Of a DNA stretch of 64,000 nucleotides, positions 49,538 to 59,380 are shown in pieces (the stretch's first letter is position 1; every line of letters begins with the position of its first letter). The notes under the pieces were generated by a model. That model saw nothing but the letters and a program-made list of their open reading frames with translations. It had not been told where the DNA came from and did no database searches. The DNA comes from Candidatus Firestoneibacteriota bacterium. GTDB taxonomy: Bacteria; Oederibacteriota; D2-FULL-39-29; CAIOVX01. Both the position numbers and the translations under genes were made by a program. The stretch covers positions 2,547 through 66,546 of the forward strand of contig CAIOVX010000027.1 of NCBI GenBank assembly GCA_903861835.1, given 5' to 3'.

Positions 49538-52080
49538 TTCCGGAACTGTATATTGTAGACGGTAATTCCTACGCCTACAGGTCTTACTATGCCATAAAGA
49601 ACCTGACCACCTCAAAGGGCAAACCCGTGAATGCGGTATTCGGGTTTGCCCGTTTGCTTTTTAAGATACATAAGTCGGTAAAGCCTGCCTATGTAGCCGT
49701 GGCTTTTGATACGAAACATAAGACTTTCCGCCACGAGGCGCTCAAGGAATATAAGGCCGAGCGCCAGCCCACTCCCGAAGACCTGCTTGAGCAGATGAAA
49801 GACATTAAGGAAATGCTTTCCGTCTTCGGCATTAAGGCTCTGGAATTGCCGGGCTTTGAGGCGGATGACATACTTATGCTTCTCTCGGGAAAGGCAAAAA
49901 AAGCCGGCATTAAAACAACCATTCTGACCGGAGACAAGGATATGCTGCAGCTCGTGGACGACGGCAGGGTCAGGGTGGAAAGCGTAAATAAGGACGGCTA
50001 CTATTACGACGCCGCGAAAGTTAAAGAAAAATACGGTGTAACTCCCGGACAGATGATTGATTATCTCGCGCTCGCGGGAGACGCTTCGGACAACATCCCC
50101 GGGGTGCCGGGAATAGGTGAAAAGACCGCCTCCGCACTGCTTGAAAAATATCACAGCCTTGACGGAGTGCTTGAGAACGCGCCGAAAATAGAAAAAGAAG
50201 GCTTGCGGAACCGCCTGCTTGAAAATAGGGAAATAGCTCTCCTCTCCAGGAAACTTGCGACTCTGGTGGAACCGCCGCTTGAGCTTGAAATGAACGACCT
50301 GGTCCTGAAGCATCCTGATACTCCCAAGCTTGTTGAATTCCTGAAAGGGATGGAATTTATGAGCATGCTCCGCGAAGCAAAAGAGATATTCGGAGTAGGC
50401 AGCGCTTTCGAGGGCGGACTTTTTGAGCAGGCGCCGGAGTTTGAAACAAGGGAAAGAATAGAAGTAACCGGGACAAAAGAACTCGAAACTGCGGAAAAAG
50501 AACTGAAAGGAACGGTAAATATTATATTTGCCGGCGGAAAACTCTTATTATCCTCCTCGGAAGAAAAATTCTTTTCTTTTGAGCCGTCTTTTAAGGGTCT
50601 CACTAAACTGCTTGAGGGAAAGAAGGCGGTCAGCTTCGGCTATAAAGAGTGCTGGTTGGAACTTCACAGGCAGGGGATTATTCCTCCTACGCTTGACTAC
50701 GACTGCTATATAGCCGCCTATCTTCTCAATCCCGATAAGGCGAATTACGGCGCCCCGCAAATAATAAATGCCATGCTGAATATTGTGCCTGACGAGCCCT
50801 CTGTGGTATGTTTTCTAGGCAGGCTAAAGGCGGCTCTTGCCGGAGAGATAGAAAAGAGGGGTCTGGATAAACTTTTGCGCGAGGTGGAACTTCCGCTTAT
50901 TCCGGTGCTTGGCGGAATGGAAGCCGCGGGCATCAAACTTGACCTCCCGCTCCTGAAGAAGATTTCAAAGGAGCTGGATGTGAAACTCGAAGGGTTGGTA
51001 AAACATATTTACCTGCTCGCAGGAGAGGAATTCAATATCAACTCGCCTCAGCAACTCTCGAAGATACTTTTTGAGAAACTGAAACTTCCGGTAGTGAAAA
51101 AAATAAAGACGGGGGCTTCAACGGATGTCGAAGTGCTTGAAGAACTTTCCGCGAAGTCTGAACTCCCTGCGGTCCTGCTGGATTACAGGCAGATATCAAA
51201 ACTTAAGAACACATACATTGACGCCCTGCCTGAACTCGCCGATAAAACAACACACAAGGTTCACACCCATTACAACCAGGCGGGAACGGGCACCGGAAGA
51301 CTTTCAAGTTTTAATCCCAACCTGCAAAACATTCCCATCCGGTCGGAACTGGGCAGGGAAATACGCAAGGCCTTTATCCCGTCCGAGAAAGGCTGGAGAA
51401 TGGCGGCGGCGGATTATTCCCAGATAGAACTCCGAATACTCGCTCATTTTTCGGAAGACTCGAACCTGATAAGGGCTTTTAAGGAAGATGCTGATATTCA
51501 TACCAGGACCGCCATGGAAATATTTGATATGGCGGAAGAGATGGTCACCTCCGACGAGAGAAGAGTGGCGAAGACAGTTAACTTTGGGATAATTTACGGC
51601 ATAACGCCTTTTGGCCTTTCAAGGCAGTTAAAGATACCCGCCGCGCAGGCGAAAAAATACATAGACAGTTATTTTACAAAGTACCCGCAGGTAAAACAAT
51701 TTATGGCGGATGCCGCCGAGAAGGCGAGAAAACTGGGCTACGCCGATACGCTGCTCGGCCGCCGCAGGTATATCCCGGATATCAACAGCAAAAATAAGAC
51801 CGTCGCGGAAGGCGCGGCCAGGGTTGCTATAAACATGCCGGTCCAGGGTTCGGCTTCTGATATAATAAAACTGGCGATGCTTCGCGTCGCTGAGCGCCTG
51901 ATAAAGGATAAGTTTAAAGGGCGCATGCTTCTGCAAGTGCACGACGAACTGGTATTTGAATGCCCGGCAGAGGAAGAAAAGCAGCTGATCGCGGCGGTAA
52001 AGCACGAGATGGAAAATGTAGTTGTTCTTAAAGTGCCGCTCAAGGTTGATATTGAATCGGGAGATAACTGGGGTGAATAG
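49513..52080 (+). CDS. polA: DNA polymerase I
   Basis: 5'-3' exonuclease VDGNS..YRSYY, GDASDNIPGVPGIG; polymerase DYSQIELR, AKTVNFGIIYG, QVHDELV. Confidence 0.97.
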   Translation: MSDEKRDIVPELYIVDGNSYAYRSYYAIKNLTTSKGKPVNAVFGFARLLFKIHKSVKPAYVAVAFDTKHKTFRHEALKEYKAERQPTPEDLLEQMKDIKEMLSVFGIKALELPGFEADDILMLLSGKAKKAGIKTTILTGDKDMLQLVDDGRVRVESVNKDGYYYDAAKVKEKYGVTPGQMIDYLALAGDASDNIPGVPGIGEKTASALLEKYHSLDGVLENAPKIEKEGLRNRLLENREIALLSRKLATLVEPPLELEMNDLVLKHPDTPKLVEFLKGMEFMSMLREAKEIFGVGSAFEGGLFEQAPEFETRERIEVTGTKELETAEKELKGTVNIIFAGGKLLLSSSEEKFFSFEPSFKGLTKLLEGKKAVSFGYKECWLELHRQGIIPPTLDYDCYIAAYLLNPDKANYGAPQIINAMLNIVPDEPSVVCFLGRLKAALAGEIEKRGLDKLLREVELPLIPVLGGMEAAGIKLDLPLLKKISKELDVKLEGLVKHIYLLAGEEFNINSPQQLSKILFEKLKLPVVKKIKTGASTDVEVLEELSAKSELPAVLLDYRQISKLKNTYIDALPELADKTTHKVHTHYNQAGTGTGRLSSFNPNLQNIPIRSELGREIRKAFIPSEKGWRMAAADYSQIELRILAHFSEDSNLIRAFKEDADIHTRTAMEIFDMAEEMVTSDERRVAKTVNFGIIYGITPFGLSRQLKIPAAQAKKYIDSYFTKYPQVKQFMADAAEKARKLGYADTLLGRRRYIPDINSKNKTVAEGAARVAINMPVQGSASDIIKLAMLRVAERLIKDKFKGRMLLQVHDELVFECPAEEEKQLIAAVKHEMENVVVLKVPLKVDIESGDNWGE

Positions 52081-52672
52081 GAAAGTCATTGCCATAACAG
52101 GCGGGATTGCGACCGGGAAATCCACCGTCACCGGTATATTTGAAAAGCTCGGCGGCTTCGTCATAAGCGCGGATGAGATAGCCCATGAGGTCATACGGAA
52201 AGGAAAGCCCGCCTACCGCAAAATAATAAAAGCGTTCGGCCGGTCTATCCTTGACGGGCACGGCGAAATAATCAGACGGGAACTCGGAAAAGTCGTCTTC
52301 GGCCGCGCGTCAAGGGTGAAAAAACTCAACGGGATTACGCATCCGGAAATTATCAGACACATAAAGCAGGAGATAAAGAAGGGCGCGCGCGGGAAAAAGC
52401 TCATCATCCTTGAAGCGCCGCTTTTGTTTGAGGCAAAGTTAGAGAAGCTTGTCGGAGCCGTTGTCACGGTTTACGCCTACAGGAGCAGCCAGATAAAGCG
52501 GCTGGCAGCGAAAGGATACAGCCGCGAAGACGCTGTTGCCCGGATAGAAGCCCAGATGCCGCTTCCGGAAAAGATGCTAAGGTCGGATTATGTGGTTTTT
52601 AATACTGGAGCCAGGAAGAATCTCCTTCCGCAGGCGCGTACAATAATTAATAAGGAATTAAAAATAGTTTAA
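52073..52672 (+). CDS. coaE: Dephospho-CoA kinase (start revised to GTG 52073)
   Basis: ITGGIATGKS, ITHP, EAPLLFE, RIEAQMP. Confidence 0.94.
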   Translation: MNRKVIAITGGIATGKSTVTGIFEKLGGFVISADEIAHEVIRKGKPAYRKIIKAFGRSILDGHGEIIRRELGKVVFGRASRVKKLNGITHPEIIRHIKQEIKKGARGKKLIILEAPLLFEAKLEKLVGAVVTVYAYRSSQIKRLAAKGYSREDAVARIEAQMPLPEKMLRSDYVVFNTGARKNLLPQARTIINKELKIV

Positions 52673-52735
52673 TTACACCGATAAAAACGGATGGACTATC
52701 TCTGTAACCGGTTGAAAATAGGTGTCATCAATCTA

Positions 52736-53335
52736 TTATTTCAGCAGCCTATTCAACTCTTTCTTCAATTGGCCTGCATTCCTGAAATGTACCGCGGGAA
52801 AGCCAAGAAGGTGCGCGGCCTCGGCGAGTTCCGGGAAATCATCAACATATACGCATTCCTCTTTTTTCAAGCCTAATTTATTTACCGCTTCCATATATAT
52901 TCGGGGATGCGGTTTCATAACGCCTGTTTTGTAGGAAAGGACCGTGTTGTCGAAAAAAGCAAGGAAGGGAAAAGTTCTTTTACACCATTCATAGTGCAGG
53001 ACGTTGGTGTTAGAGAGCAGGCAAAACCTGAACCCTTTCTTTTTTAAAGAAGTGTAAAGCGCGGCCGTATCTTTCTTCAACGTAAAGATATCCGCGAAGA
53101 CCCGCTTAAATTCTGCGAAAGACATTCTTAAACCCGTGCCTTTCCGCACATGCTCATAAAGCTCTTTCGGGGAAAGCCTTCCTGTGTCAAAGCGGGTGTC
53201 CATTTTAGACATGTAGATGAAATTATGCATTTCTTTTTCGGTCAAGGCGCTCTTTTGGGAAAGCAGGCGCGTGCTTTTATGATGGTCGTAATCTACGACC
53301 ACTTTGCCGAGGTCAGAGATGATGGCTTTAATCAT
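52736..53335 (-). CDS. HAD-family phosphatase, YihX-like (start revised to ATG 53335)
   Basis: SDLGKVVVD, LLSNTN, KPHPRIY, YVDD. Confidence 0.88.
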   Translation of the reverse strand: MIKAIISDLGKVVVDYDHHKSTRLLSQKSALTEKEMHNFIYMSKMDTRFDTGRLSPKELYEHVRKGTGLRMSFAEFKRVFADIFTLKKDTAALYTSLKKKGFRFCLLSNTNVLHYEWCKRTFPFLAFFDNTVLSYKTGVMKPHPRIYMEAVNKLGLKKEECVYVDDFPELAEAAHLLGFPAVHFRNAGQLKKELNRLLK

Positions 53336-53358
53336 TTTGCTCCGGAAAAACTTTAAGT

Positions 53359-53512
53359 GATTACGCTGATTAGATAAACAGATTACGCAGATTATACCAT
53401 CTTTAGTTAATAACAGAAATATCAAAAATGATTACGCGGATTCAGCAAACAGATTACGCAGATAAAAGAATTCTTTAATCCGTGTAATCGTATTTCCATA
53501 ATCTGCGTAATC
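53359..53512. repeat. Repeat family B (two left arms, one right arm)
   Basis: GATTACGCTGATT / GATTACGCAGATT twice, then AATCCGTGTAATC / AATCTGCGTAATC. Confidence 0.85.
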
Positions 53513-53611
53513 ACCATGCTTTTCGAGCGCTTTTGCTTGAAAACAATCTGAGTTAGTGATAATATCTCACGAGTATCGCGCGCGCAGCGGTTTGCCGCAA
53601 AAGGAGCAATA

Positions 53612-54541
53612 ATGGCAAATGAAACTATTTTCAAAAGGTACGAAGGCAATCCTATAATAAAGCCGGAAGAAGTGAAAAACGCAAACAGCGTTTTCAATTC
53701 TGCAGTCGTAAAATTCGGAAAGGGCTATGCAGGAGTTTTCCGGGTTGATACAACAAAGCTCTTCAGCGAGCTGCATGCCGGCTGGAGCCAGGACGGCATA
53801 AACTGGAAGATAGACGACAAGCAGATAGATATGAAAGGCAACACCTCCAAGAACTACAAGACAGCATCCTGTTATGACCCCAGAGTTACCCTGATTGAAG
53901 GGACTTATTATGTAACCTGGTGTTATTATCCCGCGGGCATTTCCTGCCATATCGGCGTAGCGAAGACAAAGGATTTCAAAACCTTCTTCCAGATTACCGA
54001 GATAATGCTTCCCTATAACAGGAACGCGGTTTTATTTGAGGGCAAGATAAACGGCAAGTTTGCCTGCCTTAACCGCCCGAGCGATCCCTTTCATACATCC
54101 TTCGGAGAAGTTTTCTACGCGGAAAGCGATGACCTCATCCACTGGGGCAACCATAAATTCGTGTTCGGCGCCGCAGGCGGCTGGCAGAGGTCGAAGGTCG
54201 GTCCCGGACCGGCTCCGATAAAGATCAAAGAGGGTTGGTTAATGATATATCACGGCGTCCGCATTACCTGCAGCGGCTACATCTATTGCATGGGCGGCGC
54301 AATTCTTAACGGGAAAGAGCCGTGGAAGGTGAAATACAGAGCGCGCCCGTACCTTCTCGCTCCGTCAACTCAATATGAAATGGTAGGCGATGTGCCGAAT
54401 GTTATATTCCCCTGCGCCATGCTGCACGATAAAAAGACCGACAAAGTAAGCATCTATTACGGCGCGGCGGATACGGTAGTCGGTTTGGCAACTGCCGATA
54501 TGGGGGAGTTAGTTTCTTGGATAAAGAAGAATTCGGATTGA
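53612..54541 (+). CDS. GH130 glycoside phosphorylase/hydrolase (beta-mannoside)
   Basis: GNPII, VFNSAV, YDPRV, NRNAVLF, YHGV, GDVPNVIFP, YYGAADT. Confidence 0.9.
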   Translation: MANETIFKRYEGNPIIKPEEVKNANSVFNSAVVKFGKGYAGVFRVDTTKLFSELHAGWSQDGINWKIDDKQIDMKGNTSKNYKTASCYDPRVTLIEGTYYVTWCYYPAGISCHIGVAKTKDFKTFFQITEIMLPYNRNAVLFEGKINGKFACLNRPSDPFHTSFGEVFYAESDDLIHWGNHKFVFGAAGGWQRSKVGPGPAPIKIKEGWLMIYHGVRITCSGYIYCMGGAILNGKEPWKVKYRARPYLLAPSTQYEMVGDVPNVIFPCAMLHDKKTDKVSIYYGAADTVVGLATADMGELVSWIKKNSD

Positions 54542-54575
54542 ACAAAAAACGTTCATAACGTAAAGCGGGAAGATG

Positions 54576-54610
54576 AAAAACAGGGGTGGCGGGAGCTGCC
54601 CCTTTTTCTT
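54576..54610 (+). terminator. Intrinsic terminator after GH130
   Basis: AGGGGTGGC-GGGA-GCTGCCCCT followed by a T run. Confidence 0.65.
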
Positions 54611-54666
54611 GTTAAAGACTTGTCTTTGGCGTATATTGTAATTATGTCTTTCCACAAAGGAAAAAA

Positions 54667-56043
54667 ATGAAAATACGCTCCTTATGTTTGCTCATTTTGT
54701 TTTTGGTATCGGGCGCCATCGCCGCGGAAAAACTTGAACTGCAGAAAACAACCGAGCAGCCGGGCGGAAAGGGAAACAAGCTCTTCATCTTCACGCACAA
54801 AGCGGTTGAAGGGATGGATTCCCCGGGCTATGTAAAACAGGGGTACGAATACCACTTGACGATAAGCCTGCCTGCCGGGTACAGGGAAAATGCTGCAGCG
54901 CCTTTTCCGGTACTGCTCTGGCTGCACGGTTTTGGAGATAAGTGGGACCAACTACAAAAGGCGGCGGACTGGTTCCCGGGAATGATAGTGATTATTCCAA
55001 ACGATCCGTTTGGAACCTGGTTTTACGGCTATTCAGATCAATTGCCGGGAGGAGATGCTAACAGCGGAACGGTTGTAAATTACACCGAGCGCAGGCTCCT
55101 GGCCTATTTAGAATATGTTCTCAATAATTACAAAGCCGACAGGAACCGCGTTTTTGTGCTGGGCGGCTCCATGGGCGGAACCGGGGCAATTTCTTTGGCG
55201 CTCAGATATCCTGAAATCTTTGCAGGCTCCGACTCAAGAAAGGGCGCGGCAAACAGAAAGCATTGCAAGTGGAAGAGTCAGTGTGAAAGTATCTGGGGTT
55301 CCTCGTCGGGTGGCATCCTGAATAAGGAAGGCGTTAAGGTCTGGGACTGGCAGAATATGGCCTGGTATGCGTCAAAGTTTCACAAGAAGAGCACCTGGCT
55401 CAGAACTTTAAACGGAAAGGAAGATGTTTCTATCCCGTATCGCCAGTTAGCGGGCCCGCCCGGAGTCAAACCGATGAGCTTCTACAAGGCGATGGAGGAG
55501 TTCAAGATTGGGCACCAGTGTTTCTGGGACGGCTCTTCTCATACAAAAAGACCGGAGACTCCATTTATTCAGGAAGATTTCTGGGACCCGTTTACGGATG
55601 AAGAATGTTTTCTACGTCTTGATCTTTCCTTTCCTGCGTTCAACCATTTTTCGGCGGACGATGACCCGGGAACGGGAGCCGGTGATGCCGTCGGAAAAGA
55701 CGACCAGCTCGGCGACAATACTTACGACGGCGATAAGAACGGCGGGTTAAACAGATTCCTGAGATGGAACAGCAATACCATAAAGGATGCGCCTGAAGAG
55801 TATTCAATAGAGATAAAGCTGTCCGCGGGAAAGGACGGGTATAAAGGAAAAGGAATTGAAGCCGTGGATGTCACACCCCGCAGGCTTCAACAATTTAAAC
55901 CGCAGCCCGGCGCGGCGTATTCCTGGACTTCTTCAACCGGACAATCAGGCGAGGTTACGGCAGATGCTGACGGGTTAATCACCGTGGCGTCAGTAAAGGT
56001 CACATCGGAATGGACAAAGCTAAGCGTTAAGCCGCAGAAGTAA
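54667..56043 (+). CDS. Secreted alpha/beta hydrolase (esterase/peptidase-like)
   Basis: Signal peptide, LWLHG, nucleophile elbow GGSMGG. Confidence 0.75.
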   Translation: MKIRSLCLLILFLVSGAIAAEKLELQKTTEQPGGKGNKLFIFTHKAVEGMDSPGYVKQGYEYHLTISLPAGYRENAAAPFPVLLWLHGFGDKWDQLQKAADWFPGMIVIIPNDPFGTWFYGYSDQLPGGDANSGTVVNYTERRLLAYLEYVLNNYKADRNRVFVLGGSMGGTGAISLALRYPEIFAGSDSRKGAANRKHCKWKSQCESIWGSSSGGILNKEGVKVWDWQNMAWYASKFHKKSTWLRTLNGKEDVSIPYRQLAGPPGVKPMSFYKAMEEFKIGHQCFWDGSSHTKRPETPFIQEDFWDPFTDEECFLRLDLSFPAFNHFSADDDPGTGAGDAVGKDDQLGDNTYDGDKNGGLNRFLRWNSNTIKDAPEEYSIEIKLSAGKDGYKGKGIEAVDVTPRRLQQFKPQPGAAYSWTSSTGQSGEVTADADGLITVASVKVTSEWTKLSVKPQK

Positions 56044-56089
56044 AATATCTTCCTGATAGAAAGTAAATATAGGTTTGATATAATGAAAC

Positions 56090-57058
56090 ATGCGGATAAC
56101 GGTAATTGGCGGAACGGGACATATTGGAACCTATCTTGTGCCGAAGCTCGTTGAGCTGGGGCATGACGTAACTGTGGTTTCCAGGGGAAAAAGGGAGCCT
56201 TATCGCCCTGATCCGGCCTGGAATTCCGTAAAGACGCTGAATATTGACCGCTCCCGCGCGGAGAAAGAAGGAATATTCGGAAGGCAGATTGCAAATACAA
56301 AGGCAGATGCGGTCATTGACCTGCTCTGCTTTACGGAAAAAAGCTGCAGGGAGCTCACCGCAGCGCTCCGGGAAATGACCGGACACCTGTTGCATTGCGG
56401 AAGTTTGTGGGTCTTCGGGCACAGCGCGGTCGTTCCTGCGTCGGAAGAAGAACCGAAAACCCCAATTTGCGAGTACGGAAAAGAAAAGCTGGCCATTGAG
56501 AAATACCTGCTCGGCGAAGCTGGCGCAAAAGGCTTTCCAGCAACCGTACTGCACCCCGGGCACATATCCGGTCCCGGCTGGATTCCCATAAATCCGGCGG
56601 GGCATATTTCGCTGAACGTTTTTGAGCGGCTTGCCGGGGGCGAGGAGCTCCTGCTGCCTAACTTCGGAATGGAAACCCTGCATCACGTCCATGCCGCGGA
56701 TGTCGCGCAGGCCTTCATAAAAGCGCTGATCAACAGGCCCGCTGCGCTGGGTGAAAGTTTTAATGTTGCGTCGCCCGCCGCCCTCACTATGCGCGGTTAT
56801 GCAGAAGCTGTTGCGGCGCACTTTGGCAGAGAAGCAAATCTGAAATTCGCGCCTTTTGCTGAATGGGAAAAGAGTGAGACTCAAGAAGCAGCCGGAATAA
56901 CGCTGGACCATATGCTCCACAGCCCGAACGCGTCCATAGAAAAGGCGGTTAAGGAACTCGGCTATGAACCAAAATATTCCTCGCTCGAAACTATTTTTGA
57001 AGCACTTGGGTGGCTTATAGAGAACGGGAAAATCCGAATCAAAAGAGAGGCATTATGA
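56090..57058 (+). CDS. NAD-dependent epimerase/dehydratase
   Basis: GGTGHIG, YGKEK (YxxxK). Confidence 0.88.
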   Translation: MRITVIGGTGHIGTYLVPKLVELGHDVTVVSRGKREPYRPDPAWNSVKTLNIDRSRAEKEGIFGRQIANTKADAVIDLLCFTEKSCRELTAALREMTGHLLHCGSLWVFGHSAVVPASEEEPKTPICEYGKEKLAIEKYLLGEAGAKGFPATVLHPGHISGPGWIPINPAGHISLNVFERLAGGEELLLPNFGMETLHHVHAADVAQAFIKALINRPAALGESFNVASPAALTMRGYAEAVAAHFGREANLKFAPFAEWEKSETQEAAGITLDHMLHSPNASIEKAVKELGYEPKYSSLETIFEALGWLIENGKIRIKREAL

Positions 57059-57759
57059 AAAAGCTGGTTGTTATACTCGCCGTCGTGGCCGCGGTTTTTT
57101 CATTCCTGCAGGCAAAACAGGGAGGCAATTATATGGACCTTCTCAAGAACATACACTGGCTTGGGCACGACACCTTTAAAATAAAAGCCGGCGGGAAAGT
57201 TATTTATATTGACCCTTTTCAGATCAGGTCGTCTGAGAAAGCCGACCTGATTTTAATAACGCATCCCCATCACGACCATTTTTCCCCGGAAGATATTTCG
57301 CAGATAAGCACTCCTGATACGCTGGTGGTTTCTATTGCCGGAGTCCTTAAGGACATGAATTGCTTGACCCAGGAAGTCAAAGCAGGAGACAAGCTTCTAG
57401 CCGCCGGTTTCAAGGTTGAGGTTATCCCGGCCTACAATATTGACAAAAAGTTCCATCCTAAAGAGGCAGGCATGGTCGGCTATATCCTTACAGCCGGCGG
57501 AGTAAGAATCTATCACGCGGGGGACACGGATCTTATCCCGGAAATGAAGAAACTTAAAGTTGATGTGGCTTTACTTCCCGTATCGGGCACTTATGTGATG
57601 ACCTCCGAGGAGGCCGCGCAAGCGGCAAACCTTATAAAGCCTAAGGTTGCAGTTCCGATGCATTATGGATCAATAGCCGGAAGCGAGGCTGACGCGAAAA
57701 GATTCGCAGATAAACTTAAGGGAAAAGTAGATGTAGTGATAATGCATCGGGAAAAGTAA
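57055..57759 (+). CDS. Metallo-beta-lactamase fold hydrolase (starts at ATG 57055 and/or ATG 57133)
   Basis: WLGH, THPHHDH, YHAGDT, PMHYG. Confidence 0.88.
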   Translation: MKKLVVILAVVAAVFSFLQAKQGGNYMDLLKNIHWLGHDTFKIKAGGKVIYIDPFQIRSSEKADLILITHPHHDHFSPEDISQISTPDTLVVSIAGVLKDMNCLTQEVKAGDKLLAAGFKVEVIPAYNIDKKFHPKEAGMVGYILTAGGVRIYHAGDTDLIPEMKKLKVDVALLPVSGTYVMTSEEAAQAANLIKPKVAVPMHYGSIAGSEADAKRFADKLKGKVDVVIMHREK

Positions 57760-57789
57760 CGTTTTTGCTAAACGGAGAGGAGAGGCTCA

Positions 57790-58365
57790 ATGCTTGAAGA
57801 CCTGAAAGGTAAAGTGTGCGCGGCGAACAAGGAACTCGTGAAACAGGGCCTGGTAATTTCTACAATAGGCAATGTAAGCGGGCGAGACAGCCGTAAAGAA
57901 TATGTGGTCATTAAACCCGAAGGAGTGTCTTACGAAGAGATGACTCCTGCAGATATGGTGGTAACAGACTTAAACGGGGAAGTGGTGGAAGGCCTTCACC
58001 AACCGTCCGGGTACATTCACGCGCATTGTTTTGTTTACAAGCACAGGAAGGATGTCGGCGGGATTGCTCACACGCATTCCCCTTACGCCACCAGTTACGC
58101 CGTGCAGGGAAAGCCAATCCCGGCATTGCTTATTCCGCAGGTCGCGAATTTCGGCGGAGATATTCCTGTAACACAAAAATACGATATGAAGCAGAAGTAC
58201 GGCATAGGTTCCGCGCTGGTCAAGGCCATGAAGAATAATAACGAGAAGGCGGTTATTTTGAACAGGCACGGGGTCTTCACCTTTGGCAATGACTCCGCAG
58301 AAGCGGTAAAATACGCCGCGCTCGTGGAAGACCTAGCAAAAACCTACAGGGCGGCCGGCAAATAA
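57790..58365 (+). CDS. Class II aldolase/adducin family protein (AraD-like)
   Basis: GNVSGR, IKPEGV, HTHSPYAT, NRHGV. Confidence 0.85.
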   Translation: MLEDLKGKVCAANKELVKQGLVISTIGNVSGRDSRKEYVVIKPEGVSYEEMTPADMVVTDLNGEVVEGLHQPSGYIHAHCFVYKHRKDVGGIAHTHSPYATSYAVQGKPIPALLIPQVANFGGDIPVTQKYDMKQKYGIGSALVKAMKNNNEKAVILNRHGVFTFGNDSAEAVKYAALVEDLAKTYRAAGK

Positions 58366-59168
58366 TGGAACTAATTGATGTCCACGCGCATTTCTTTCCC
58401 GACAATATCGCTCCTGCAACTATAGATTTTCTGGAAAAAGAGGCGGACATAAAGGCATTTGGGGCGGGAACAGCTGCTTCGCTTCTTGAAGAAATGAAAC
58501 GCGACGGTGTAACGCTTTCTATCAATGCCCCGGTGGCTACAAAGAAAGAGCAGGTCATAAGCATCAATAGAAGGATGATAGAGTTTAATAAAACAAGCAA
58601 AGAAATAATCTGCTTCGGCTCGATGCATCCCGATTTTTATCAGATCGGCAACATAGAGGAGGAGATCTCCTATATAGCGAAGAACGGCATAAAAGGCATA
58701 AAACTTCACTCCGAGTACCAGAGTTTTTATCCCGACGAAGACCGGCTCAAACCTGTCTATGAAGCCTGCGTTAAGCACCAAATAATAATTCTTTTTCACG
58801 CCGGCGTTGATTTCGCGTATGAAACGGAAGTAAAAGCGACACCTCAACGCTTAAGCGGCGTGGTTAAGCTCTCCGGATTGAGAACGATTCTCGCGCACTT
58901 CGGCTCCTACAGGCAGTGGGACGAGGTTATGAAATATCTTTCAGGGACTCCCGCGTATTTTGACACCGCGTATTCCGCGGAGGTTGCGCCGGAAACCTGC
59001 AGAAACTTAGTCAAGTCGCACGGGGAAGATAAGATACTTTTTGGGACGGATTTTCCGTGGCAGACGGCCGCGATGGTAAAGGGGATGTTGGAAAGGTCGG
59101 GATTATCTAAGGACGCGTTGGAGAAGATATACTGCAAAAATGCAACAAAACTGCTTGGTTTGCAGTAA
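58365..59168 (+). CDS. Amidohydrolase_2 family metal-dependent hydrolase
   Basis: DVHAH, GIKLH, FHAG, LAHFG, LFGTDFP. Confidence 0.88.
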   Translation: MELIDVHAHFFPDNIAPATIDFLEKEADIKAFGAGTAASLLEEMKRDGVTLSINAPVATKKEQVISINRRMIEFNKTSKEIICFGSMHPDFYQIGNIEEEISYIAKNGIKGIKLHSEYQSFYPDEDRLKPVYEACVKHQIIILFHAGVDFAYETEVKATPQRLSGVVKLSGLRTILAHFGSYRQWDEVMKYLSGTPAYFDTAYSAEVAPETCRNLVKSHGEDKILFGTDFPWQTAAMVKGMLERSGLSKDALEKIYCKNATKLLGLQ

Positions 59169-59321
59169 GCACGAAATCACCTATGCCTAAATCACAAATT
59201 CCAAGCACCAAATCCCAAATAAAATAACAAAAATAAAACTGCAAAATAACTTTTAAATGCTTTGTTCTTTTGTATTTTGGTCTTTATTTGGTGCTTGGTG
59301 CTTGTGATTTGGTGCTTAATA
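59167..59321. repeat. Repeat family A palindromic element overlapping the amidohydrolase stop
   Basis: Near reverse complement of 32441-32594. Confidence 0.9.
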
Positions 59322-59380
59322 ATCGCCGTAAATCCCGCCTTTTCCGTTGAAAAACCCGGTCAGCGTTTATATAATCAGAT

